A stretch of 64,000 nt of DNA, taken from the NCBI GenBank assembly GCA_963727625.1, contig CAVSHR010000012.1, forward strand, positions 160,001-224,000. The letters run 5' to 3'. A program made the translations under genes and the position numbers. Below are positions 46,992 through 56,788 of this stretch, piece after piece. The notes under the pieces were generated by a model. The model had not been told where the DNA came from, searched no databases, and saw only the letters and a program-made list of their open reading frames with translations. Within the stretch, counting starts at the first letter, position 1; each line of letters begins with the position of its first letter. Origin of the DNA: an uncultured delta proteobacterium (lineage in GTDB: Bacteria > Desulfobacterota > Binatia > UBA9968).

Positions 46992-47733
46992 TCACCGAAT
47001 TGTTTCGATTTTTGCGAGAAATTCCAGTGTAAATACCTCATCGGCAACGATCTTCTTCTTGACATTCGCGTACGCGATGATGGACTGATAGCCTTTGTAC
47101 AGCGGGCTGTCGGTCTCGATGATGGATGGCCGCAGAATCCCTTCGAAAGATTTTCTCTCCTTGAAGTAAAGGGTCTTAATCAACAGCCCGGTCGCCGCAT
47201 AGCACTCAACCTTGGTAGGAACGATCGTGTTCTTGTCCACCCACATCTTCAGTTTGTCATAGGCGACCGTGGTCGTCTTCGCCTTCAAATCGAGAACATA
47301 CTCGGTCTTGCCATCCTCAATATTTTGCACGTTGTACTCCACATTGTAGTCGAGGCGCATAATATCCGCGTTATTAAACACGCCGCCCACGACGGACTGA
47401 AGGCTGGTGATCCGTACCGGTTTGCCCACGTTGGGAATGTAGAGCCACATGTTGTCGCCGAGCCTAAGCGTGGCCCTGCCTTTTTCACTTGCCGGAGAGA
47501 GAAATAGCGAGACAATCTTGTCGTTGCCTTTCTTTAAGTGTGTAGAGGAGAAATTCCCTCTTGGCGCCGTTGGGCTCGATGTTGATGAGCTTGCGGTAAG
47601 ATTCGAACGACTCCGGTTGAAGATTCGCGTCCACTTTCTTGAGAATCTCTGGACCATTCAAAGCGAACACTGGGGCAGCCAATAGAAGCGTGAGACCCAG
47701 AGCGAAGAACCGTTTGACGTAGTAGTTTTTCAT
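46992..47733 (-). pseudogene. outer-membrane lipoprotein-sorting (LolA-like) protein split by a +1 frameshift (real or assembly error)
   Basis: N-terminal ORF 47485-47733 (signal peptide, EILKKVD) joins ORF 46992-47657 (F.SPA.EKG, MW.Y.P) if one base is removed at 47533-47535, giving LYTLKKGNDK. Confidence 0.8.
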
Positions 47734-48977
47734 ACATGCCTCAGCGCGTCGATCGGCTCCATTCTGGAAGCCTTGTACGCTGGCTGAAAGCTCGCGAGAA
47801 CGGACACGATGATCACCATCAGAGAAGCTGTTACGACTTCCGTCGGCGCGATCGTCGGGGCAAGAATGAGACCTGTAGCCTGCCCGAAGTTAAACGTGAT
47901 TTTTGAAAGGTTTAATCCGAAGATGGTTGCCAAGCCAAAAACGACGCCGACGATGGCACCGGTCAGTCCCAGACAAAAGCCTTCGACTAGGAACAGAGAG
48001 AGGATCTTGCGCGGCAGCGTGCCGATCGCCGCGATCGTGCCGATCTCTCTTACGCGCTCATAGACCGCCATGATCATGACGTTGAGAATGCTGATCAGCA
48101 CAATGGCGATGAGCATCAGCTTGATGAAGAACGTCATCAGGTCGATCATCTTGGCGATGTTGGCGAAGGGCGAGAGTTGCGACCAGGTGTGGATCTCGAT
48201 GCCGCCAGATTTTTGTTTTTTCTCACTCAAGCCAAGCCCTCTTCGTAGGCTTTGAGCGACCCCTTCCACCCGCGCCAGGGATCTTACTCTAACCGCGATT
48301 TCGCTCACCTCTTTGCCGGAAATCCGCAAAATTTCTCTGGCATCGTCAAAATTGATGTAACCATCCCGCCCACCCGGTCCAGTAGCGCTTTCCAGAATGC
48401 CGCTTATAAGAAATGTCTTGCCGTTGACGGATCCATCTTTGTTGGTCGCGATCACGACAACGGTGTCGCCGACTTTGGCGCCAAATCCCTGGGCCAACAG
48501 TTTCGGCACCAAGATTTTTCCCTTTTCCAAAGAGCGGAGACTCTTTTCCCCGTCAGTAATCCGGGAGAGCATCTGAGGCAAGGCCGCAAACTCTTTTTCC
48601 GGATATACGCCGTTGATCCTGATATTGGTGGTCTCGGTAAAATTGCTGAACAGAGCGCCAAACTTTATCCGCTCCGAATAAGCTTCAACGTCTTTAATAC
48701 CCGCCAGAGTTTTTTCGATTTGCGACACCGCGGCCGGCGCAAGATTCAGATTCAAAGGAAGACTCTCAATCGAAGCCACGTAGCCGCCGCGATGGATCTG
48801 CAAGGCCCCCAGATAAGAATCGGTGATCTGGGCGATCATGAAATCCTTGATCGAAGCGGTCACGGAGACGAAGACCAGAACAAAGACGACTCCGAAAGCG
48901 ATCAGAGAAATCGTCAGCGCGCTTCTCCGTTTGTACCGCCTCAGGTTGCGCAGCGCGATTTTGAACAGATTACGCAT
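47730..48977 (-). CDS. ABC transporter permease, FtsX/LolE/MacB type
   Basis: IA.RNL.R..RRS.LT; V.ER.REIGT..AIG; PA.KASRM.PIDALR. Confidence 0.9.
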   Translation of the reverse strand: MRNLFKIALRNLRRYKRRSALTISLIAFGVVFVLVFVSVTASIKDFMIAQITDSYLGALQIHRGGYVASIESLPLNLNLAPAAVSQIEKTLAGIKDVEAYSERIKFGALFSNFTETTNIRINGVYPEKEFAALPQMLSRITDGEKSLRSLEKGKILVPKLLAQGFGAKVGDTVVVIATNKDGSVNGKTFLISGILESATGPGGRDGYINFDDAREILRISGKEVSEIAVRVRSLARVEGVAQSLRRGLGLSEKKQKSGGIEIHTWSQLSPFANIAKMIDLMTFFIKLMLIAIVLISILNVMIMAVYERVREIGTIAAIGTLPRKILSLFLVEGFCLGLTGAIVGVVFGLATIFGLNLSKITFNFGQATGLILAPTIAPTEVVTASLMVIIVSVLASFQPAYKASRMEPIDALRHV

Positions 48978-49662
48978 GAGTTCCCTCGCAGCGCACCAGC
49001 TTGCCGTCTTCTAACGTACAAATGATTTCCGCCTCGCCGATAATTCGCGTATCATGCGTCGAAAAGATAAAAGTCGTGTTGAGATCATCTCTCATCTTTT
49101 TCATGAGCCGGATAATCGTGTAGGCGGTGGCATGGTCAAGATTCGCTGTCGGCTCATCCGCCAAAACCAGTTTGGGGCGCGTGACCAGAGCTCGCGCGAT
49201 GGCGATCCGTTGTTTTTGCCCGCCGGAAAGCTGGTCCGGCAATTTGTCCCTTTGATCCGACATTCCAACGGCTGCCAAAAGCTCAAGCACTCTGCTGTTT
49301 CGCTCTCCGGCAGGCAGATTTTGCACCATGACGAGTGGGTACTCGATGTTTTCAAAAGCGGTCAGCACCGGCATCAGGTTGAAGCTCTGAAAGACAAACC
49401 CGATATTTTTGCCACGAAATTCCGCCGCCCTTTTTCTATCGAGGTTGATCACGTCCACTCCGGCCACCTCAAGGCTGCCCGCGCTCGGCTTATCCAAACA
49501 TCCAATCAAGTTAAGCAACGTCGTTTTGCCGCTTCCAGAGGGACCGACGAAACAAAGAAAAGATCCGGCGTCGATCTCGAAGCTCACGGCCTGCACGGCT
49601 TTTACTTCCACGCTGTCTGTGTCGTAGGTCTTGCTCAAATTCTGTGCGGTAATTAGACTCAT
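48970..49662 (-). CDS. ABC transporter ATP-binding protein, LolD-like
   Basis: GPSGSGKTT; LSGGQKQR; [10 protein letters not shown]. Confidence 0.92.
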   Translation of the reverse strand: MSLITAQNLSKTYDTDSVEVKAVQAVSFEIDAGSFLCFVGPSGSGKTTLLNLIGCLDKPSAGSLEVAGVDVINLDRKRAAEFRGKNIGFVFQSFNLMPVLTAFENIEYPLVMVQNLPAGERNSRVLELLAAVGMSDQRDKLPDQLSGGQKQRIAIARALVTRPKLVLADEPTANLDHATAYTIIRLMKKMRDDLNTTFIFSTHDTRIIGEAEIICTLEDGKLVRCEGTHA

Positions 49663-49728
49663 GAAAGATCGTCGTCTTCCAAAGGTGTGTGATTTTAGCC
49701 AAATGGTTGCGCTTTGCTGACTCACTAA

Positions 49729-49744
49729 GGCAAGCTCCATGCCA
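49729..49744 (-). promoter_or_regulatory. sigma54 promoter of the ABC operon
   Basis: TGGCATGGAGCTTGCC. Confidence 0.72.
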
Positions 49745-49875
49745 GGAAATTTGTGGTCCGCTATTGCTAACGTTTTTCAACGTCGAGTTCGCACGCATGC
49801 AAAAAAACTCCGGAATATCTTGCATAATCGATAATAAGACCAACGGTAGCGCCGTTTTCAGTCGAAGAAAGTCCC

Positions 49876-49891
49876 TGGCATAATGATTGCT
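49876..49891 (+). promoter_or_regulatory. sigma54 promoter, divergent
   Basis: TGGCATAATGATTGCT. Confidence 0.72.
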
Positions 49892-49905
49892 CTCGAAATG
49901 AAATA

Positions 49906-50988
49906 GTGACCGGCATGCAAATCCTTCGACGACTCCCGGTTTTTCTGTGCAGTGCAGTTTTGGCGGCAAGTTGCCAGAGCATCGGTCCCGGAAGCATTCC
50001 GCGCGATCGGATGGACTATAGCCGCGTGCTGGGTGATTCGTGGAAAGAGCAAATGCTGCTCAACATCGTCAAGCTACGCTATGTTGACCCGCCCGTGTTT
50101 ATGGACATCTCTTCGGTGATCAGTTCCTACCAGCTCGAGAGTCAAGTAAGTGTCGCAGCGGAGATTTTCCCGAAATCACCCCTCGACACCAACTATCGGC
50201 CCGGTGTAAGCGGGACCTTCACAGACCGCCCCACGATCTCCTACACGCCGCTTACGGGGGAAAGATTCATCAATAGCCTGCTGCGACCAATTCGGCCGCA
50301 GACCATCTTTGCAATGATCGGGTCCGGTCATCCCGCCGATTTCATTTTGCAGGCGACCGTGCGGGCCGTCAACGGCGTCTACAACTACTCCGCGTCGCCG
50401 CCACGGGCGCGACGCGAAGACCCGAAGTTCTACCTCGTCACCGAAGCGATTCGCCGAATCCAACAAGCGACCGCACTCAGCGTGCGTATCGAAAAACGCG
50501 CCGACCAAGACGTAACAATCCTTTCCTTTCGTCGCAAGGTTGCGAGCGGCATCGAAAGAGACATTCGCTTCGTTAAAGATTCGTTAGGGCTCGATCCGAA
50601 CAACGACGAGTTCCGGCTCACGTTCGATGCCCTTCAGCGCAGTCCCGATGAGATCGCCGTGCTCACGCGTTCCATGCAGGAGATCCTGAGCGAATTTTCG
50701 GCCGGAGTCGAAGTGCCGGAGCAAGACTTAATCGAGGAACGTGCAATTCCCCCGCCGCCCGTACGCCCGGATGCGGATCCCCGCACCCTACCTGTGGTGC
50801 GCATTCATTCGAGTGCGGCCCGCGCAGTAGATGCTTACGCGGCAGTGAGCTACCGCAGTCATTGGTTTTGGATTGATGACCGCGATCTCAATTCGAAGCG
50901 CGTCTTTATGTTCCTGATGATGTTCTCAACTCTGGCCGAGACTGGCGCCGTGCCGCAGATACCGATCATCACAATACCGGCTCGATAA
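49906..50988 (+). CDS. hypothetical lipoprotein
   Basis: LAASC lipobox; LLNIV.LRY...P.F; PTISYTPL.G; WF.IDD.D..SK. Confidence 0.75.
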   Translation: MTGMQILRRLPVFLCSAVLAASCQSIGPGSIPRDRMDYSRVLGDSWKEQMLLNIVKLRYVDPPVFMDISSVISSYQLESQVSVAAEIFPKSPLDTNYRPGVSGTFTDRPTISYTPLTGERFINSLLRPIRPQTIFAMIGSGHPADFILQATVRAVNGVYNYSASPPRARREDPKFYLVTEAIRRIQQATALSVRIEKRADQDVTILSFRRKVASGIERDIRFVKDSLGLDPNNDEFRLTFDALQRSPDEIAVLTRSMQEILSEFSAGVEVPEQDLIEERAIPPPPVRPDADPRTLPVVRIHSSAARAVDAYAAVSYRSHWFWIDDRDLNSKRVFMFLMMFSTLAETGAVPQIPIITIPAR

Positions 50989-51127
50989 CATTTATGGCGA
51001 TCGATACTGCGTCTGCTAATGACAGGCCGTTCGAATGTATTCTCAATATTTGGGGTGAGCACGAAACCGAATTCCGAGGCGATCTGATGCTCCGTTCGGC
51101 TTTGGTTGTCAGGAAATTCTGCCCTTG

Positions 51128-51658
51128 TCAGTGTCCTGTAGCGTGGTGACCGTGGTCCGAAACCTGTGCCGAGAACCATTGATGAAGCGCCGTGACCAAC
51201 TTCGGGTCCTTTGCCGTGTAACGGATCGCCGCGCCATCCGGCAAAGCGGAATAACGAACAACGATTTTCTCCGCTCCGGCTTTCAACTGAGCCAGGCCCG
51301 GCATATGCTCGCCGTGGATTTTTGCTGGATCAGAAAAGTCTCCTTTACGAAATCTCTCCGACTCTTCCTTTAGATGGGTCTGTATTAATGCAATTTGTTT
51401 TTTATTCGAAGAATCTTTAACGACTACTTTCTGCAAACCGCCGTCGTCAAGTTTCTGAAACACGTGGGTCGTCTGTACGAGGTCAAAGGGCATCACCTTG
51501 GCGCCTTTTACAGCGACCTTCTCCTGGCGAGTTTGAGCCGGCAAAATTGCCGTCGCGAACAGAACCACAACCACCACGCTCGAAATAATCAGCGCGCCAG
51601 TCGCGAGTAATTTCTCTGTGTGTTTGGAACAAATGTCGTTGGCTTTCATGGAATCCAT
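51128..51658 (-). CDS. exported hypothetical protein with His-rich tail
   Basis: Hydrophobic N-terminus; VMPFDL..TTH.F; IHG..MPGL; ends SDHGHHATGH. Confidence 0.7.
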   Translation of the reverse strand: MDSMKANDICSKHTEKLLATGALIISSVVVVVLFATAILPAQTRQEKVAVKGAKVMPFDLVQTTHVFQKLDDGGLQKVVVKDSSNKKQIALIQTHLKEESERFRKGDFSDPAKIHGEHMPGLAQLKAGAEKIVVRYSALPDGAAIRYTAKDPKLVTALHQWFSAQVSDHGHHATGH

Positions 51659-51741
51659 CTCTTTCTGGCTTCGTACTGTAAAATAATTCGACTCCCAGGC
51701 GGTAGGCACCCAGGAGCCGATACCTCTGCGCGAGCACATTG

Positions 51742-52119
51742 TTAGCTACGCGCGGTGGGGCCGCTGAACGGCATCACGCCGCCAAACGGGGTGATGTGGA
51801 TGCTACGCAGTTCGCCTTGTGCATTCTTCAGTTCGACCGAATACATCGTGTGACGCATCCCGCTCGATGGAAGAACTCGCTCCAGCTTGAAGCCTGCCAG
51901 GTTTTTGTCGGCATACTGCTGCGCCAACTCCTTGGCTTTCTCCTCAGTGATCTGCGTTGCCGTGGTACCGCAGAAACCAGGACCCATCATCATGCCGGGA
52001 CCCATTCGTCCCATACCGGGTCCGTGACCTCCACGCCATTGGGCCGTAACGACTGTAAACACGCCCAACAGAACGGTCACGATCGCGACTGTTGCAAGCA
52101 CACCTAGAATTTTTTTCAT
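51742..52119 (-). CDS. exported Gly/Met-rich protein with PepSY-like C-terminus
   Basis: Signal peptide; GHGPGMGRMGPGMMMGPGFC; IT.E.AKE.A. Confidence 0.7.
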   Translation of the reverse strand: MKKILGVLATVAIVTVLLGVFTVVTAQWRGGHGPGMGRMGPGMMMGPGFCGTTATQITEEKAKELAQQYADKNLAGFKLERVLPSSGMRHTMYSVELKNAQGELRSIHITPFGGVMPFSGPTARS

Positions 52120-52163
52120 GGTCTTTCACCTCGTTTCTAGTAAATCATACCGCGATTCGGGAG

Positions 52164-52179
52164 AGCAACGCTTGTGCCA
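52164..52179 (-). promoter_or_regulatory. sigma54 promoter
   Basis: TGGCACAAGCGTTGCT, consensus match. Confidence 0.78.
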
Positions 52180-52311
52180 GAACGATCTATAACGGACCGG
52201 GGTGATTTTGACCTGACTTCGCAGCTCTAGGAAGATATGCAGTAAGAATTACTCGACCAAATAGTCGAGATTCTCGCCCAAATCGTCGAATTCTTCTATT
52301 CATCCTCTTTA

Positions 52312-53343
52312 TCAGGATACACGGGCGGCATGGAGCCGTCGGTGCTGTCGGTAGATCATGAATCCGAGTCCGGCAAGAGCAGCCAAAGCTAAGATCAGGA
52401 TGCTCAGGCTGCTGAGAAAGTCGGCTGAGGCCTCGAGGACAACAGCGAAACCGTAACCGAGTCCGAGGTAAGCCAGCGTCCAGATCAGGCGGCCCACAAT
52501 AGCGAAAGGCAGAAAAGCGCGAAACGGATAGCGGCCTACGCCAGCAAACAAGTTCACCGCCGAACTCAAAAAAGAAACAAGAGAGCGACTGAGGAGCACG
52601 CATAGCACGCCCCATTGCTTAAAGAGCAACTCGACCCGAGCCCGGCGCACAGTAGTGAAGCCGAGCCAGCGTCCTCGCCGCTCCAAGAACTCGCGACCGA
52701 GCAGCCGTCCGAGGCCATAGCCGACAATATCGCCCAGCACAGAGCAAGTCACTGCGATCGTACCGGACCAAAACCAGCTCATCTGTCCCTGTGCGATCAA
52801 TGACCCGGCAACGACCACCGACAACGCGGACGGGAAAGGCGCACCCATAGTACCGAGTAGAAGCGTCATCCCGAGAACCGGGTAGCCGTAGACCAGCAGC
52901 GCGGCAAGGATCTCGTCACCGAATCCGCCCGGCTCGCTGACCGTTTCCTTCCCGCCTTGGGGTGATGAGGTGGAGCGCAACTCCGAGATCGCTTTCTGGA
53001 CCTGCTGGATGTACTGAAACGGTGACAAGCCTTGCTTCTGGGCGAGAGATATCAAGGTCGTTGTGGGATCTGTGTCCGGCGCCAGTCCGAGACGCTCGAC
53101 CAATGCCGTGCCAGGCACGTGATAAGCGCGTGCAACGTAGTCAAGCGTCATCCAGGGTCGGACGCTGCTGACGTCAGGCGCGCCCAATTCATATGCCGAA
53201 CGCAACAGCAAGAAAGAACGACAAGTTCGGAGCCCAAAAATGACGACCGCGAAAGCGGTGAGCGCAAAAAGGACGAGTAATATCCAGCTCTGCCAATGAA
53301 AGTGGCTTCTGATCACAGTGTTCCCACCCGTAGCTTCTCCCAA
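52312..53343 (-). CDS. DedA/VTT family membrane protein with N-terminal extracytoplasmic extension
   Basis: G.P.P; LGD..GY.LGR..G; SR.L...N..AG; N-terminal RPWMTL.Y domain. Confidence 0.8.
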   Translation of the reverse strand: MGEATGGNTVIRSHFHWQSWILLVLFALTAFAVVIFGLRTCRSFLLLRSAYELGAPDVSSVRPWMTLDYVARAYHVPGTALVERLGLAPDTDPTTTLISLAQKQGLSPFQYIQQVQKAISELRSTSSPQGGKETVSEPGGFGDEILAALLVYGYPVLGMTLLLGTMGAPFPSALSVVVAGSLIAQGQMSWFWSGTIAVTCSVLGDIVGYGLGRLLGREFLERRGRWLGFTTVRRARVELLFKQWGVLCVLLSRSLVSFLSSAVNLFAGVGRYPFRAFLPFAIVGRLIWTLAYLGLGYGFAVVLEASADFLSSLSILILALAALAGLGFMIYRQHRRLHAARVS

Positions 53344-53361
53344 TGTCAGAATGCTAATGCC

Positions 53362-53934
53362 CTAACGGCTCTTCCGCTCATCGCTTTCACGCTCGGGCGG
53401 GCTTTCGACTTGGTGCGGCTTCGCGAAGAGACGCGAGACAAGCCCCATCATGCCATGCATCGGATACATAGGCGCAGCGGATTCCGATTGTGCCTTCCCT
53501 CCGCGCACCAGTCTGACCAGGCCGGCGACCAGCAACACACCGAGGAAAACCAGCATCGGCCAGGGGATGCGCGCGACCACCGACGTCCACGGCGATGGTG
53601 CTCTGACGTTAATCGCCACATGCTGTTTACGCAACTCCGGTATCAGCGCAGGGTCACCGAAGTCTGGTACTCGGGTGCTGAAGGTATCGGGTTGTGTACT
53701 GTCCGCAGACTTCTCGAAGCGTCCTTGGATCTCGGTTCCTTGGAACGTGACGCTTGCGACCTTGCCGGCTTCGAGCTGATCGAGAAACGTACTGTACGGC
53801 ACCGGGACCGCTTTGCCGGCTGTTTCAATTTGAGTCCCGACAACGATGAGGAGCAACACCACCGCTATGCCGATGAACCATACTGGCGGTCGCTTCCACC
53901 ATGGCCGGTCATATTGTTCCATCGCGTGTGCCAT
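53362..53934 (-). CDS. stand-alone FtsH N-terminal (TM-extracellular-TM) domain protein
   Basis: VPYSTFL..LEAGKV..V; F.T..P...D..L..EL; two TM helices; no AAA or protease domain; GAAGGAG RBS. Confidence 0.7.
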   Translation of the reverse strand: MAHAMEQYDRPWWKRPPVWFIGIAVVLLLIVVGTQIETAGKAVPVPYSTFLDQLEAGKVASVTFQGTEIQGRFEKSADSTQPDTFSTRVPDFGDPALIPELRKQHVAINVRAPSPWTSVVARIPWPMLVFLGVLLVAGLVRLVRGGKAQSESAAPMYPMHGMMGLVSRLFAKPHQVESPPERESDERKSR

Positions 53935-54159
53935 ATCACTCTCCTTCTGAAAGGGGCATCAGGCTACCCCATGGATCTGCGGGCTCGTTGGTCGCCTTGG
54001 ATTTACAACTTTCGTGCCTGGCATCCCCAATGCGCTTCCGTCTCGATTTCACCGAACGGATCATGCGCCTCGCCTAGTTTTCAATCCCGAGGTATCCGGC
54101 GTCTTGATCCGTAGACGAACAGGCGAATCCAAATGGTGCGGCACGTGGAAACATGGCCA

Positions 54160-54285
54160 GCTAAACGACTATCAAATGGATTAACCAGACATTTAGACCA
54201 ACCACTAATAGCAAAAACACCGAAACCACGGTCCCCACCAAAACTATCCAGATGATCTCGATTTTAAAAAGCAAGGCGACAAAAT
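54160..54285 (-). pseudogene. 3'-end remnant of a chromate transporter paralogue
   Basis: Reads FVALLFKIEIIWIVLVGTVVSV, near-identical to FVALLFRVEIIWVVLVGTMVSV at 62290-62365. Confidence 0.7.
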
Positions 54286-54400
54286 ACGCTTTGTCGTTCT
54301 GGCGAACCCTCACACTGTGATTCTCATTACACGACCTCTTTTGCTTATGCAGAAGGCGCTTTGGTCGAGCGCACCGGCCATACGGCTGTGATCGTAATCA

Positions 54401-55497
54401 TCACGGCACGAGCCCCGCTGCCTTGAGTGCTTGGTATGTCGCGTAGCCGCCGGACAGATTTTGCGCTCGATAACCGTGCTGGGTCAAAAAACGCGTGGCG
54501 AAGTAGGCGCGCTGTCCGACCGCGCAGCACACCCAGATGTTACGATCCTTTGGCAGCTCGGCGTAACGGGAGCGCAGTTGGGAGAGCGGCAGGTTGATCG
54601 CCTTGGGTATGTGCCCGCGGCTAAACTCGTCCCCTTCGCGCACGTCGAGCAATAATGCGTCGGTGCGGTCAAGCTCCAGCCAATCTGCCACGGGCATGTC
54701 GCCATTCAGAACGTTCTCGGCAAGCATGCCGGCGAGGTTGACCGGGTCCTTGGCGGCGCCAAACTGCGGCGAGTAGCATAGCTCGGCCTCAGCCAGATCG
54801 TGCACCGTGCCGTGGAATGGAATTGCACGCCCTTGGCGCCGAAATGTTCCATGAGCGGTACCGCCATCTCCGCATCGAGCGGAGGCATGACCTGCGGCAG
54901 CTTTTCTAAAATTGCTACCGACAGCTCGCGATGAATCAGGTTCTCGACCATTTCCAAGCCGATGAATCCGCCGCCGACCACAACCGCCGTCTTGGCGCTA
55001 TGATCCGTAATCCACGCACGGATGCGGCGCGTGTCGGGGATCGTCCGTACCGCGAAGACGCCGGGCAGGTCCACGCCGGGGAGCGCCGGCCGGATCGGCG
55101 CGGCGCCTGGGGATAGGACCAGCACATCGTAGTGTTCGAGCCGAGTATCGCCAATGCGCATGTCACGGACAGTGATGGTGCAAGCGTCGCGGTCGATGCT
55201 CGTGGCTTCAGTGTCGGTGTGCACGTCAATATTGAATCGCTCATGAAACATCTCTCGCGACGCCACCAGCAGCCTGCGCTCGTCAGAAATGACGTTGCCG
55301 ATGTAGTACGGCAGCCCGCAGTTCGCGAACGAGACATAGGGACCGCGATCGATCAAGACGATCTCGACGGACTCGTCGAGCCGCCTCAGTCGCGCCGCGC
55401 AGGAAGCGCCGCCCGCTACACCTCCGACAATGAGCACACGACGCGGCGTCTCGGGGTTACGCGAAGCGGTGGACTGCGGGTCAGTTTGGTGGGACAT
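54401..55497 (-). pseudogene. CoA-disulfide reductase/NADH oxidase-rhodanese fusion with internal deletion and frameshift
   Basis: N-part GGVAGG, SFANCGLPY, GGGFIGLE; C-part LCYSPQFG.AKDPVN plus rhodanese (CAVGQR); second FAD motif and most of the dimerisation domain absent. Confidence 0.85.
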
Positions 55498-55585
55498 GCG
55501 GCCTCCGATTAAAGACCTTGTGAGTTTAGTAACCCTTTGTCGCGACACGGGGTCAACGCTTGATAGCTATCACGGACACTCTTCG

Positions 55586-56278
55586 TCATGGCTTCTTGGT
55601 TATTGCAACCGGCCCTCTGCCCCGCTCCGGCATGAGCGTCGATAGGGCGCGGATCACCCGGTCGGAAACCTCGCCGGGAATTCCGGTTCCGTCGATTCGG
55701 AGATGGCAAGGACGATGATCGGACATCTCCGCGTAATGCCTGCGCAACGATAGGGCATGGGTCTGGTACAACGCCAACCGTCGCCGGACCATGTCCTCGC
55801 GGTCATCTTCGCGTTGAAGAAGCGGCTCGCCGGTCACATCGTCTCGTTCATCGTTTTTTGGCGGGTCAAAGATCAGATGATAAGTGCGTCCGAAGCGTTC
55901 ATGGATCCGTCGCCCCGTCAATCGGCGAAGCACCTCGGTTTCTTCCAGGATTAGCTCCACAACGGCATCAATATGGATGCCCGCTCCGACCAATGCTGTC
56001 GCCTGCGGGACGGTGCGCGGAAAGCCATCGAGGACGAAGCCGGTCGCGCAATCGGGTTGCCCGAGCCGGTTGATCAGGAGCTTGCTGACCATCTCATCCG
56101 GTACCAGCGCTCCTTTCGTCATGCTCTCTTTGATCATACGGCCATCGGGCGAATCACCCTGCGCTGCGGCGGCAAGCAGCGCGCTCGCCGTAATGCGCGG
56201 AATTTTCAGTCGCTCAGCGAGCAAAGCGGCCTGCGTGCTCTTGCCTGATCCTGGCGGGCCCATTAGGAGAATCGTCAT
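55586..56278 (-). CDS. adenylate kinase-like protein (divergent NMP-binding site)
   Basis: GPPGSGKSTQ; LDGFPRT..QA; long LID RR.H...GRTYH...QREDD. Confidence 0.85.
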   Translation of the reverse strand: MTILLMGPPGSGKSTQAALLAERLKIPRITASALLAAAAQGDSPDGRMIKESMTKGALVPDEMVSKLLINRLGQPDCATGFVLDGFPRTVPQATALVGAGIHIDAVVELILEETEVLRRLTGRRIHERFGRTYHLIFDPPKNDERDDVTGEPLLQREDDREDMVRRRLALYQTHALSLRRHYAEMSDHRPCHLRIDGTGIPGEVSDRVIRALSTLMPERGRGPVAITKKP

Positions 56279-56292
56279 AGCTGCTCGTTCCG

Positions 56293-56697
56293 CTAGTTAG
56301 AAAACACGCTCGCCGGCTTCGGCGCACGCTTCAGAGGAGTTGGCACCGCTGGGGAGCAACAGAGTTTAATCAGACGGCTTCGGTCTGACTGGATCTTCGG
56401 GTCAGCCGCAAGCCATCCGCGCACAGCAGCTAAAACACCGACTGCATGAGCGTCCGATGGTAGCGCCAGACGGTAGTGCATCCACTTACCCTCACGCCGG
56501 GCGACGACAATTCCAGCTCGACGTAAGTAAGCAAGGTGGCGGGAGATTTTTGGTTGGCTTAGCTTCAACGCCTCAACCAGGAAGCAAACGCACACTTCAT
56601 CTTCGCCCATAAGGTTCAATAGCCGGAGCCGGGTATGGTCGGCGAGAGCACGGAAAAGCAGTTGTAGATCGTAGGTTTTGACGGACTTAGTCTTCAT
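56293..56697 (-). CDS. arsR: ArsR family As(III)-sensing repressor
   Basis: F.ALAD.TRLRLL; EVCVC; SQP.ISRHL..LR.AG.V..RREG.W..Y; C-terminal CC. Confidence 0.9.
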   Translation of the reverse strand: MKTKSVKTYDLQLLFRALADHTRLRLLNLMGEDEVCVCFLVEALKLSQPKISRHLAYLRRAGIVVARREGKWMHYRLALPSDAHAVGVLAAVRGWLAADPKIQSDRSRLIKLCCSPAVPTPLKRAPKPASVFSN

Positions 56698-56788
56698 GAA
56701 TTTTCACCATAGCATAGTTTTCACATCTATCTTGACATATACGTTAGAAAGATATATTCGCCTGAGCAGATATGAATGGAGGCCGCAC

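Noticed and set aside
51128-51658. Enzymatic (aspartate carbamoyltransferase) label sometimes attached to similar proteins
   Set aside because: No STRT or HP.Q motifs, too short, and apparently exported.
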